Shown one piece after another: positions 41,040-53,971 of a stretch of 64,000 nt of DNA. The notes beneath the pieces are model-generated. The model searched no databases. It saw nothing but the letters and a program-made list of their open reading frames with translations, and had not been told where the DNA came from. The stretch comes from Octopus sinensis (Eukaryota). Location of the stretch: positions 48,236,001-48,300,000 of the forward strand of contig NC_042998.1 in assembly GCF_006345805.1 (NCBI RefSeq). Reading direction: 5' to 3'. Each line of letters opens with the position of its first letter. The first letter of the stretch is position 1. The translations under genes were made by a program, and so were the position numbers.

Positions 41040-42770
41040 ATGGACTCAATCGTTGAGGAATAACTGATCGTCAACCTACCACCAAGGCCTGTCCTTGAAG
41101 AACTGTCAGTCACTCCAGCAAATGCTGAAAGGAAAAAAAAAGGCTATAAAACAGCTCACGATTGGAAAATCATCTGAGAATGATGGCATACCAGCCGAGA
41201 TATATAAATGTGGTAGCAGTCTCCTGCTGACAAGTTATGTGAACTCTTCTCTTTAATCTGGGAATCAGGATCAGTCCCACAGGAGTTCAAAGACGCTTCT
41301 ATTATCCATCTTGATAAGCACAGAGGTAACAAATGTAAATGCGAAAACCATACAGGTATCATTCTTTTGTGTGTTGCTGGGAAGATCCATGGAAGGGTTA
41401 TCTTAAATAGACTAAATGATGTCCTTGCCAGCTTAGTGTGGCCTGAATCTCAGTCTGGATTTCTGGGCGGTAGAGGCACAGAGATTATGATTTTTAGCCT
41501 AAGGCAACTGCAGGAACAGGCTCGTGAGCACAACCTAGGCCTATTTGTCACTTTTGTTGATCCAACTAAAGATTTCCACACCGTATCTAGGGGGTGCTCT
41601 TTGGGTTGTCCTGAGAAAGCTAGGTGTTTCAGAAAAGATGCTCAATGTCATAATTTCTTTCCATCAAGGGATCATGGTTTCTGTCAGATATAGCGGGGAA
41701 GTGTTCGATTCATTCACAGTCTCAAATGGGACAAAACAAGGCTGTGTTCTTTCACCTCTCTTATCTGCTTTGTATTTATCTGTCATGTTGGAAACAACGT
41801 TCGTGTATGTTAAAGAAGGTGTAAAGTTTGAGTACAGAACTGGTAGTGGCTTGTTCAACCAACAACGCTTCAAAGAAAAGACTGAGACTTTGGTGCAAGC
41901 AGTTCGAGATTTGCTCTTCGCAGACGATTGCGCGCTTGTAGCACACACTCTCGAGGACATGCAATGGATTCTAAACATCTTCTCGCGTGCATCGAAGGCC
42001 TTTGGTCTGAGATTATCTATCAGCCCATTCGTAAACATCTTCTCGCTGTTGCCCCTACAGTATATGTTGATGGGAAAGCATTAAAAACTGTTTCCTCCTT
42101 CACTTATCTTGGTTCCATTGTGTCCAATGAAGCGAATACGGATAAAGAAATTGAGTCCAGAATCGAGAAGGCTAGCTCCGTTCTCGGTAAGCTTTATCAC
42201 AGGCTATGGAACAGCTACGACGTATCGTTGAAGGTGAAAGTTACTGTATATAAGTCGCTGGTCTTGACGACATTGTTTTATGGTGCTGAATTTTGGACTT
42301 TGTACCGAAAGCACATCAATCAGCTTGGCGCTTTTCATATGCGATGCTTGCGTACTATCTCCAATATAAAACGGAGCGACCATATTCATAACAGTGAGGT
42401 ACTTACAAAATACAATATGTCAGGTATTGAAGCCATCCTCATCGAAATACAGCTTAGATGGTCAGGTCATCTCTCGCGTATAAGTGATATCAGAATCTCG
42501 AAGCAACATCTGTTTGGCCAATTCCCAACAGGAAGGTCAGTTGAAAGGCCACTCTTGCGCTTCAAAGACCAACTGAAAGACAATCTAAAACAATGCAACA
42601 TTCCCTTTTCTTCATGGAAAAACAAAGCTCAGAACACAGAACCTGGTGCCAGTTCTGCTTCTCCTCAGTTCAAAAATTTGAGTAAAATCGACTCCAACAC
42701 CGGGACCAACTTCGTGCAAGCATGAAGACACGCTGCAAAACACTGTTCCTCTAAATGGAAACCTTACTTG
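41040..42770 (+). mobile_element. RTE/BovB-type LINE ORF2 fragment (RT), frameshifted
   Basis: GIPAEIYKCG, WPESQSGF, NGTKQGCVLSPLL, LLFADDCAL, FTYLGS and QLRWSGH. Confidence 0.92.
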
Positions 42771-42774
42771 TCAT

Positions 42775-43597
42775 TCTTCTTCACACGATTGCGTTCACCC
42801 ATTCAACATCGCTAATTTGACCAAAAACGCCATTCAACAGCTCGTTTAGGAAGATCTACTGCATCCAGAATATTCTCCTGATATAGAATCTTCAGATTAA
42901 TACCTTTTGTGGTACGAAGCAAAGCATGGCTAGCTGTCCACATAAGAAAACATAGTAAATAATCCACAAGCACTCAAGCAAACTGAGTCTTGAACTTATT
43001 CCATTCACCAAAAGGTTTCCAAGGCATCCAGTAGGCCTCAAGAGACACGCTCGTGTCCATGATCAACGCTTTATTTTACTGAACTCACATTTGTCGTCCA
43101 CGACAAGATAATCCATCATATTTATATATACATATACTTTGATATTTTGATACAGTTTCTCAAAATCGAGATAAAATGATCTGATGGGAAATATGGCAAG
43201 CTTCTTCACACGATTGCGTTCAACCATCCAACGTCGCAAATTTGACCAAAAACGCCATTCAAGAGCTCGTTTAGGAAGATCTACTGCATCCAGAATACTC
43301 TCCTGATATAGAATCTTCAGATTAATACCTTTTCCGCACTCTATCGGTCTGCGTGACGTTTCATCCGGCAACGAGGCAGAATTGAATAATACGTGGCGCT
43401 CGATGAATTCTTCGAGTCGAAACCTGGTGATCTCTAACATTGCCAAGCTAGGGGGGCACTAGTAAGATACCGTGAACAATGAAGGAGAATATATTATTGA
43501 CTGATTTGCAAAAAATTCTGATAAAAAAATAAAGATTAAGATAACTGAAAAAAAAAAACAAAAAAAAAAACAATCGAATTTATCTCACACTCCAATA
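42775..43597 (+). mobile_element. Mariner transposase 3' part in two partial tandem copies (42775-42910 and 43195-43597)
   Basis: Plus strand reads HDCVQPSNVANLTKNAIQEL, HPEYSPDIESSD*YLFR and NNEGEYIID*, followed by a degenerate TIR ending ccaata/TA. Confidence 0.8.
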
Positions 43598-44882
43598 TAC
43601 ATAGTAAGAAGGAACATGAAACGTATCATTGTTACATTGCAATGTGTTTTATTTCGGTTCTTTATAATAAATACATGAAGAGAAAGAATGTTCACACAAT
43701 AGGTTTATTGGTTTAAAGATAACAGTTTTATGATAATCTTTATTATATTTCACATAATAACACCACTTTTTATAAGAAGTCATTAAAATGTAAGAAATCA
43801 TTTTGAAAAAAACATTTTAGTAAGATATATTTAATGCATGCACACATTGTACTAATCTACAACGTAATATATTCATACAACAAATAGTGCAGGAGTAAAT
43901 TTCTGAAGAGAAGTTCAAATCCGTTCATATGGTAAATATTTCTTTCTGACGCTTTCCAATTTTGGCGCAAGGTCAGCAATTTTGAGGAAAGGAGTTAAGT
44001 CGATTACATTAGACACCCACCCACCAAACTAAAAAAAAAAAAAGAAAGAAAATTATGAAAGGTAAAGGCGACCCCGTTGGAATTTGAACTCAGAACGTGA
44101 AGACAGACGAATTGCTGTTGAGCACCCCCCACCCCGACGTGCTTCAAGATTATGCTAGCACACCGCTTTGTAAATCAGAAATAAAAAGTATCGTTAATAA
44201 TGGAGGCAAAGGAGGTTACAGTCGATAAAAATCGAGCTTAATACTTTATCGGACGCAGCCCCAAATCTGGAAGGGGAAAGGCAAAGTCAACCTCGGTGGG
44301 ATCTGAAATCGGAACACAAAAAGTGGTAACTAAATACTGCAAAGTATTTTGCCAGGCTCTCTGCTCATTATTCGATATACAGCTCTAAAAGGCGGCGAGC
44401 TGGCAGAAACGTTAGCACGCCGGGCGAAATGCTTAGCGGTATTTCGTCTGCCGCTACATTCTGAGTTCAAATTCCACCGATGTCGACTTTGCCTTTCATC
44501 CTTTCGGGTCGATAAATTAAGTACCAGTTGCGCACTGGGGTAGATATAATCGACTTAATCCATTTGTCTGTCCTTGTTTGTCCTCTCTGTGTTTAGCCCC
44601 TTGTGGGTAGTAAAGAAATAAGTATTTCGCTTGCCGTTAAGTTCTGAGTTCAAATTCCGCCGAGGTCGACCTCGCCTTTCATCCTTTCGGGGTCGATAAA
44701 TTAAGTACCAGTTGCATACTGGGGTCGATCTAACCGACTGCTCCCCTCCCCAAAAATTTCAGACCTTGTGCCTAAAGTAGAACAGTATATACAGCTCTAA
44801 ATATTTGTAAACAATCACTTCCTGCTCTAACACAAAGCTGCACAGAACGGAAAGAGATGTGGTGCAGGTACGCATGCACGCG

Positions 44883-44913
<31 letters not shown>

Positions 44914-44949
44914 GTACACTGTGTGTGTGTGTATCTATATATATATATA

Positions 44950-45138
44950 TACCGGATAAGCACATAAATGTGAAACAAGGTGGAAAAAAGGGTACTCAAA
45001 TACCAGCGGTAGAGTAATATTCTTTACTTAAAAGCAGCAGAAAAATAACAAAAGCTGTTACTCAAAGTTTCACGTTCCCGTTCGTCAGGAACATGAAACT
45101 CTGAGTAACAGCTTTTGTTATAGTTCTGCTGCTTTTAA
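44950..45138 (-). mobile_element. Fold-back element with hammerhead-like core (Penelope-like terminal repeat remnant, inferred)
   Basis: 45-bp inverted arms (45028-45072 and 45094-45138). Minus strand reads CTGACGA-ACG-GGAA-CGT-GAAAC-TTTGA-GTA. Confidence 0.6.
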
Positions 45139-45926
45139 ATACAGTGTATATATGTATGTATATGCAAATATGTGTGTACATGTGTGTGTGTGTAGCTTTG
45201 GTTGTATTCCATCTGTATATGTAACTGTCTTCATGTGTCCACCTGGGACCTCAAATGGAGAATCCTTGAAATATTTTTGCAAATTTTCACTGTTCCTTTA
45301 AACGATTAGATTTTCAGGTTGCAAAATAATTGGCCCTGTACTTTCTCGAAGAACACTAGCATTTCTAGAGTTTTATTCAGATCCGTTGTTATGTAACCCT
45401 GTGCACATATGACATTAGCTACAAATCAGTAGAACCGTAGAAGTATGGTTTGATAGATAGATAGATAGATGATTTATCTCCTCGCTAGCGATGTAAACAA
45501 GAGTGCTTATATGCACCACAAATCCATATGAGAGGTTTTCTTATGGTAACTATCACAGTATTCTGTGTTGTAACAAAACATCCGCTTTTAAGTTGGGGTA
45601 AATATTTCCTTTTGGTATTAAAACTGTTTCTGTTGCTAACAATTATATATATATATATATATACGTTTTATTTATTATTTTGCACGTTACTTACTCATTG
45701 GTATATATTTTATCTTATATTTAATCTTTCCATAAGATGTAATTTTTCTAAATGGTATAATTTAATTTTTTCATTATTGAATTGATAAAAGGTGGTTTTT
45801 TCTAATCTATATATATATTATATTTTGTGAAATTTGATTTAGCATTTCTAAGTTGAATTTTTCCCTCTAAGTTTGGAATAATATCCCCTCTAAGTTTGGA
45901 ATAATATCCCCTCATATTATATATAC

Positions 45927-45992
<66 letters not shown>

Positions 45993-46406
45993 TGAGTGTG
46001 AGGAGAGAGAGAGAAAGAGAAAAAGAAAGAGGAAGGGGAGACAGAAAGGTAGTTAGATAGATAGATAGATAGATGCATACATTCACAAATTAGAGGAATG
46101 TATGCGTGTGCATGCGCATGCGTGTGGTGGTGGTAGTATATTTGTGTGTGTGTGTGCGTGTGTGTGCGTGTGCGTGTGTGTGTGCGTGTGTGTGTCCATT
46201 CTTTGATAATTAAAATTGAACGTCTTATGGTTTGTGATGTTCTACAAACGTAATAACGGTATGGCTTAGTGGAAGGCAGGTGTGTTTGTATGTTTCCCTT
46301 TGAACAAATGACAATACATACTCATCGTTGTTGCTGTTAAATCTTTGCTGCTTTCAAATATTTCAGCTGTCTACTTCTACTAATCAATTTAAATATTCCG
46401 AGTAAA

Positions 46407-47399
46407 CTAAACAAACTCCTTTTTGTTTATTGTGACATCGCTAACTTTCGAATTCTTTTTACCTATTTCTCTAAGCATGCGAAAATATTTTGTTAGCATT
46501 AACATAACATTATAATCTTCCAATTCTGTATTCTGTTTCATGCTAATGCATTCACCCAAAACACTTTCAAACATTTTCAGAAGCATAAATATCATGAAAA
46601 ATACCACAGAGAAAAAATATATCTTTCCTATAATTGGTGCGATATCATTTAGCTCCGTATAGTTGGTCTTTCCTAAGACTATCAAAAAGACGGATACCAG
46701 AGCTGAGGAATAACTGCGGTAAGACCAAATGGAACCAAAAATTAAATAACCAAGCATGGCGTAAATTCCTGCGTAAATACATAATAGAAAACTGACGCCA
46801 AATAGATGCGAAACACATCGGTTAAGAATTAGCGATATCTGCAACATGGTCTGGCTGACTCCAAGGATACACGACAAGCGAATAATTGCAAAGAAAATCA
46901 GGAATGCTAAAGCAATTGATATTATCTCATTCCAAATCACAATGTGGTAGAAATTTACGAATGCTTTCGGATCTTGGCGAAATTCTTCAAGAATCTGATC
47001 GGTTTGTGTGCGTTGAATAATGAATACAGCGAGAGACACAATACAGAATATCAGCGAAAAAAAATCAATCACGTTCCAAAATTGAGAGAAAAATGCCATT
47101 TGCATTTTGATTAGGTTGTATATAACTTTGATAAGCAATAAAACAATACAGAATATAAAGATCGCTTGAAACACAATAGTGATGACGCTATCAATGCCAA
47201 ACGGGCGAAACACACTTATGATGTAATATGGTATAGCACCACCAGTCTCTGGAAATTCCACTAGAAAGTTCATGTATGCAAACATATGAGTATTGGCATT
47301 ATAAAGCGTAAACTCCAAGAAAACTCCTCTGGTCTGTCTATCAACCCATTTAGCTCGGATCAGCTCCTCCAGCATGGCCTTCGATATGATACCATTAAT
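46407..47399 (-). CDS. Polycystin-1-like (PKD1L-type) channel, terminal coding exon (end of TOP domain, S2-S6, short C-tail)
   Basis: Acceptor ctacag|ATT at 47399 (phase 0), in frame with the 322-aa ORF. Motifs KWVDRQTRGVFLEFTLYNAN, FFSQFWNVIDF, GYLIFG and LGKIYF are typical of the polycystin cation-channel domain. Confidence 0.92.
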   Translation of the reverse strand: MNGIISKAMLEELIRAKWVDRQTRGVFLEFTLYNANTHMFAYMNFLVEFPETGGAIPYYIISVFRPFGIDSVITIVFQAIFIFCIVLLLIKVIYNLIKMQMAFFSQFWNVIDFFSLIFCIVSLAVFIIQRTQTDQILEEFRQDPKAFVNFYHIVIWNEIISIALAFLIFFAIIRLSCILGVSQTMLQISLILNRCVSHLFGVSFLLCIYAGIYAMLGYLIFGSIWSYRSYSSALVSVFLIVLGKTNYTELNDIAPIIGKIYFFSVVFFMIFMLLKMFESVLGECISMKQNTELEDYNVMLMLTKYFRMLREIGKKNSKVSDVTINKKEFV

Positions 47400-47767
47400 C
47401 TGTAGTGAATAAAAAATACAAAGAAAAGGAAATGTATTATTTGTTATATATATTATATATATATATTAATATATATATATATATATGAATATATATATAC
47501 ATAGCTATTAGAGATGACTAATTAATTTATTTATCAATTAATTATGGATTTCAGAAGATAGGATATTCTAATTACAGAATTCCTAATTCACTGTGACTAA
47601 AGTGCTGTCAGGGTTGTGTGGTTATGGACCTCGTGTTGCCCCCACGTGGTTTCAGTTTCAGTCTTACTGCGCGACACCATAGCCAATTGTTTCTACTAAA
47701 GCCAGGGCCGGCCAATGCGAGTGAATTTGGAATCTGTGTGGAAGTTCGTCGTATATATATGAAATTG

Positions 47768-47798
<31 letters not shown>

Positions 47799-47910
47799 CT
47801 TCTATGCACGGCCAAACCGCTGGATCAATCTGTACCAAATTTGGCATGAAGGTTTTTCATTACTCGGAGAAGGGTCTAGTATAATATATAATTGTAAAAA
47901 TGTATGTATG

Positions 47911-47942
<32 letters not shown>

Positions 47943-48911
47943 TGTATGTATGTATGTATGTATGTATGTATGTATGTATGTATGTATAAATTGATGCGAT
48001 TCGTGAAAGGATAGAATTAATGTTAGAGTACAAACACATATTTTGAGACATATTTAGAGAAATGTTTTGGAAAAAATTCGCCATTTCATTTCTTTCTAAA
48101 AGCTAATAGCATGAAAGTTTTCCGTTTCACACCTCTAACCTTATCGTTGATAGTTTATTCCACTGTATCTGTTTAAATTCTATTAACAGACAGTTCTTGT
48201 ACAAACGACTGCTCTGATATTTTTTCTTTACTCAAGTCGGCATCTTTAAAACAACATCAAGACGTGTTGAGAAAGATAAGATGGATAGCAATGTCAGAAT
48301 AGAGTTGTAAAGTGCTAATACTGCTATGGGCAATAATACAGTGAATGTATTGCAGTATGCTGCGAATGTTTACAGTTACAGGTACATACACCTGCTTATG
48401 TGTCTAGCGCGCTAGCTAAACTGGACAGAAATAACACTTTTGTATGGCTGTTCGTTTGTTTAATCATAAATATTGCTACAATATCAACTTCACATCTATG
48501 TTTCTGATGTAGTTCAACCATATCGTTCTGAATGTGATATTACCTTAGCTGCTGCAGAATATAACATTTGCACACCTTACCAGAAGTTCGAGCATTTTTC
48601 ATCTTAATAACATTTACAGATGTTACTTATTTGCTTTGTTAGTTAGACCGTTGTCCAGTTCATTTAAACAAGTTTGTAAAATGTGTCAGCTCAAATGAAA
48701 TGTAATGAGATGGTTTGGGATCATAATAACCTTCAAAACAATCCTAACTTATCACTTGCAATTAAGAAGTAATTTAAATGTTAATGGATAATTTCTGGAG
48801 GGTTAATAACAAAAGTTGATCTTTGATTCATGTCAATATAATTGCTCTGTTGTTGTAATCTTTATAATTATTTGGGATAATTCTATATTTAGAAGACTCA
48901 TGTATGTACAC

Positions 48912-48973
<62 letters not shown>

Positions 48974-49076
48974 CACAGACTTGCGTGTGTGTGTATGTGT
49001 ATATATATATATTAAATATTATATTATAGATATGCACATAAATATATTACTTTTTGCATATATATATATATATATA

Positions 49077-49135
<59 letters not shown>

Positions 49136-49589
49136 TACATGTATGTATGTATGTATGTATGTATTGGCACTTATTAACCAATGTCTGATTCCAGGAGGTG
49201 ATTTCGTATGCTAATACAGACGTCATAGGCTCTAAGATATGCTAGACTTTTCACTCAAACAAAGAATAGCAACAAATTGATCCATATTTGGAGTAGCAAC
49301 GCATTCTATAATATTTATTGCTTTGCTTGTCAGGGCATGTGTTCCTAAAGGTATCGTTCTCAAAAGGATATAACCTCGAGTCACGACTGCAATTATTATT
49401 TTTATTTGTCATATTCAGACAAATAGTAAGACAACAAGTATGAAAATAAGTCAACAAGTTACAAGTATTAGTAGGAGAAGTGACAACGGTGAAAGAGAGG
49501 GGAAAAATAAGTCTATGAAGTGTTAATGCTTCATATTTATTAAATTGTTTAGGTGGAGAGCTGACAGAATCGTTAGCACGCTACGCTAC

Positions 49590-49765
49590 TGGTTGAATTT
49601 CAACACCATCTTCATCTTTTTTTGATACGCCTCGCTGATCTTGACTTTCATTTCTCTGCGTAGAATGTCATCCAGCAACCAAATCCCTAAATACCTACCG
49701 TCGGGTTCATCCATGGTCTCTCCTGATTGTAACCGCAATCTTCTGCAGGCTGCTTTCTTGCCTTA
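49590..49765 (-). mobile_element. R4/Dong LINE RT fragment
   Basis: LRLQSGETMDEPDGRYLGIWLLDDILRREMKVKI, adjacent to (ATT)n. Confidence 0.6.
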
Positions 49766-50009
49766 TTATTATTATTATTACTTTTTTTTCTTCTTCTTTC
49801 AAATTTGCTATCATTTCTTGCCGAGTGTCTTCCCGACTCCTAGGGCAAAGAAACTCATAGTATACATTGGTAGGCCATTAAACCAAACTCAGTAGTTCGT
49901 TCATTTTTTTTTTCATTTTTTTTTTTAAAGTTAAATTAAAATACATGAGCAGCAACAGTTCTCACATCGACAATGCTCTTCTCAATACGTGTGATGTACC
50001 AGTTAAGAC

Positions 50010-50040
<31 letters not shown>

Positions 50041-50042
<2 letters not shown>

Positions 50043-52735
50043 CGTTTTACTTATCAGAACGTTCGGTTTCGGTTGTTCTGGTAGATTCTGCGAGAGCGGA
50101 CAGTTGCCTGCTGTCAAAGGCCTCACAGGATCTCTTTTTATAAGCTTTGATACTTGGTTGTTCATTATCGTGGGAGACATTCAACATCCAAGTACTAATC
50201 TCAAAATCCTAGCTGTCCCCCACAGCAGTTTTTTCCGATTTCTTTGACATATTTCTCAAGCTTGGTTAGTACTCCGAGTGCTTCTACAGCTACTGGAATG
50301 ACAGATAATCTCCTCATAGTCCACTTTCTTGCAATTTCGTCTTTTAGTAATCTGTGCTTTTCAATTATTTCTACTTCTTTGTCTCTTATACGTGCATCTC
50401 CAGATATTGCAATATCTATGATCATGGTTTCCTTTTTTTCTTTTTATCTACCACAACAATATCTGACCTTCAAGCCTCGATTAGGGAGTCACAATGGATT
50501 GTAAAATCCCACAGCATCTTATTGTCCTTGTTCTCAGGGACTCCTTCTGGTTCATTTCCGTACCATTTCCGTTCTCTGTTCAGGCCGTACTTTTCAAATA
50601 GCTTTCAGTGGACGAACTTAGTCACGTTATCGTGCCTCCTTTTTTAGTGCTTTTGGGCCAGCTTGTTACACATATGCACCATATGTGAGAGTGTTTCCAA
50701 GGTATTGCCCATGCAGTGGTTTCGTTTTCCAGTTGTTAACTCTTTCTTCTTCGTCTTGTTTCTTAAATTTTTGTGGGTGCATCACATTTTCGGTAGTTAT
50801 TATATTGTTAATTCTAACAGTGGCAAGCAACGATTCACTATACTGTTTGATGTATCACCCCAGACAGTTCATCTCGTTGACAACACGAATCTTGCCTCCT
50901 ATGAGACCTCTTCCACTCCTGTTTCTAGGTACATACAGTCTGTCAATGTCACTTTTGGGATGTAGTTTCTTGTTAATTGTCATCACTTTTCTAGCTTTCC
51001 TGTCCATTTCCTCAGGCTTGTTCTTTCCCCACTTAACACCTGCGTCGTATCGTATTAAAGAAACAGTCCATATGTTCATTGCCCAGATTTTGTTCTTTCC
51101 ATCCAATCTACTTCCCATAATTAACCTGGTTCTTCTAAGATATTCTCGCCTAAAGATTTCCTTCATTTCACTTTCCTCCCATATTGATTTTTTCATCATT
51201 TGGCACTGTTAAGTCAATTATCTGTCCTCTTTATCTACTACTACTAAATCAAGCCTTCTAGCTTCTATTACTCTGTCAGCCTGAATGTTAAAGTCCCACA
51301 ACGTTTTATATTTCATACTTTCTAGTACTTTACTGGGTTCATGTTCATTTATATTTCTTACTTTCTAGTACTTTACTAGGTTCATGTTCATTAGCTTCCT
51401 CACCCTTCTAATGTACTCTGTCTCAATTTTCGTTTTCATTACTAAAGTTAGTACTCTATCAGATTGTAATACTCCTAGATAGTTATAACTCTCTCCTTCT
51501 TTCAATGATTTTAATTTATGGCCATCTGGTAATTGGATGTCTTCACTGTTAACTACCTGTCCACTTCTCATGACTAATAATTCACACTTATCTATGCCAA
51601 ATTCCATGCCTGTATCTTTGGTGAAGAGTCTTACAGTCTTTATTAAGGAATCTATCTCTTTTTCATTCTGACTAAAAAGCTTGAGATCATCCATGAAGAG
51701 CAAATGGCTAATTTTCCCCTTACCATTTCTGAACTGATACCCTGCCTTTGCCTTCATTAATATTAAACTGAAGGGGATCAAACATAAGACAAATATTAAA
51801 GGGGTTAACAAGTCTCATTGGAAAATTCCTCTCTTGATATTAACTTCCCCTAAGACGGTCACCTGAGTAGAGATCTACTTTCTGTTTCTTCATGCTAAAG
51901 CTAATAAATTCTCTTATGTTGTCTCCTATACTGAATAACATTCACTTATCCATGAGTATGAGATCATGTCATAGGCTTTCTTATAATTTATCCATGCTAA
52001 TGTTAGATTTTTCTTTCTAGCTTTTACTTCATTTAGAACTGCTTTGTCCATATATAATTGCTCACACGTTCCTCTAGTCTTCTTCCTGCAACCTTTCTGT
52101 TCTTCTGGCAGTAAATTCTGGTTGTCAACGTGCTTGTAAATTCCTTCTGAAAGCATTCCGGTTAACAATTTTCACACTAATGGTAACCAAGTGATTGGTC
52201 TATAGTTGCTAGTTGAAACACCCTTGCTCTTATCTTTCATGATGAATATTGTTCTCCCTCTAGTCATCCAATTTGGTATTATTCCTCCATTAAGGCAATC
52301 CTGAAGTTGTTCCCTCAGCGTTCTATGTAAGTTGTAAAATTTCTTTAGCCAGTGCCTTTGAACTAAATCTGGTCCTGGGCACTTCCAGTTTGGCATCTTT
52401 TCAAACACTTTACTCATTAATGCACTAGTTAGTCTTAGATCTGGTTGCTTCACACTCACTACTTCTTCCCTCACTTTCTTTAACCATACTGCACCTACAT
52501 TACGATTGACTGGCTTATCACAAATATTACTCCAGAACTTTCTAGCTTTTTCTGTATTACGTTTCACATCTTCAGTACTTCTTCTCCACTATTTATTTGG
52601 TTATAAACTCTCCTCTGGTCTGTCTAAAATAATCTATTCTGTTGATACTGGTCTATTCTTTTCTGATATCTGGAAAGCTTACCTGCTACCTCTATGATAC
52701 GCTGTTTCAACTCTTCTATGACTGTCCTAAATCCT
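50041..52735 (-). mobile_element. R4/Dong-clade LINE (RT, zinc knuckle, restriction-like endonuclease), composite of two pieces, flanked by (TAA)n
   Basis: NYRPITWLP, EEQKGCRK, YKKAYDMI, HLLFMDDLKLF, MEFGIDKC, YNYLGV, RHDNV, WDF and IIDIAISGD. Confidence 0.88.
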
Positions 52736-52753
52736 TATTATTATTATTATTAC

Positions 52754-52785
<32 letters not shown>

Positions 52786-52828
52786 TATTATTATTATTAT
52801 ATTATTATTATTATTATTATTATTATAT

Positions 52829-52859
<31 letters not shown>

Positions 52860-52914
52860 ATTATTATTATTATTATTAATGTTATCATTATTATTATTAT
52901 TATTATTATTATTT

Positions 52915-53231
52915 TTACGTAGTAGTCTTACTTTTATCACGTGCTTTTACTGCACTACCGAGTGCAGCTCTGTGTGCCTTGGATATGTACTGTAGTTTGT
53001 TGTGGTGCTCTTATTTTAACTGTATCGAAAGTGTTTTATGCAGGATGCGTGCATTGCCTAGTAGTGCTATTTTCTGTATGTTATATATACTTGTTAGTCC
53101 TGGTGTTTTTGTTATGTATTTTTCTGAATGTTTTTTATCATATCTAATGCGCCTACTATGATAGGAATTGTTTCTGTTTTTAGGTTCCACATTCGAGTTA
53201 CCTCTATTTCCAGATCTTTGTATTTTGAAAG

Positions 53232-53232
<1 letters not shown>
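52915..53232 (-). mobile_element. R4/Dong 3' fragment
   Basis: LSKYKDLEIEVTRMWNLKTETIPIIVGAL...ILHKTLSI plus 3'UTR, between (ATT)n arrays. Confidence 0.8.
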
Positions 53233-53301
<69 letters not shown>

Positions 53302-53863
53302 TATTATAATTATTATTATTATTGAGTGAGAGAGCAGTGCATGTCATCAAAGTGACACTGGGGTATAAATATACGAAGCCCAATATACCCATCATGACTA
53401 CCCGTCTGATAAGGGTACACCAGGCACATGCATCACAACCATATGTGCGCGACATGATGACCTTATATCAAGGTAAACAGCGCATGACTTTACAGATGGA
53501 GACCACTTAGAATTTTCTTCGGATCGAGTAATCTGTCCCACTGAAAAAATCCCTGAATAAGGTTTGTTTAAGGGTGTTTAGTGAAACACCTATGTTTCCA
53601 GAGGTGAATTGTTCAAATCCGAAATAATTCCTCTCAACACATGGCTATGATGCTCTCCCACTACATCTGCTCGTGATCAGAGATGCACATATCGTCAGCC
53701 ACTAAGGGACCTGCTCAACTGGTTTAAGTCAAGTAACTGACAAACAAATCTGTGGTATTGAGCAGATTATTTGCTGTAGCTCATCTTTTCTACCAAGATA
53801 AAACAATGTACATGATAACACTTCCAATTGGTTAAGATCAAAAGAACCACAGCCTGGTATTGC

Positions 53864-53969
<106 letters not shown>

Positions 53970-53971
53970 TT

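Noticed and set aside
43063-43446. 127-aa minus-strand ORF that looked like a novel, duplicated protein
   Set aside because: It is the antisense shadow of a mariner transposase on the plus strand (YSPD, GEYIID*).
45860-45915. Two-copy ~26-bp duplication downstream of the PKD1L stop
   Set aside because: Simple local duplication with no further structure.
53400-53470. Hammerhead-like CTGATAAG
   Set aside because: No stem II or GAAA at a suitable distance.
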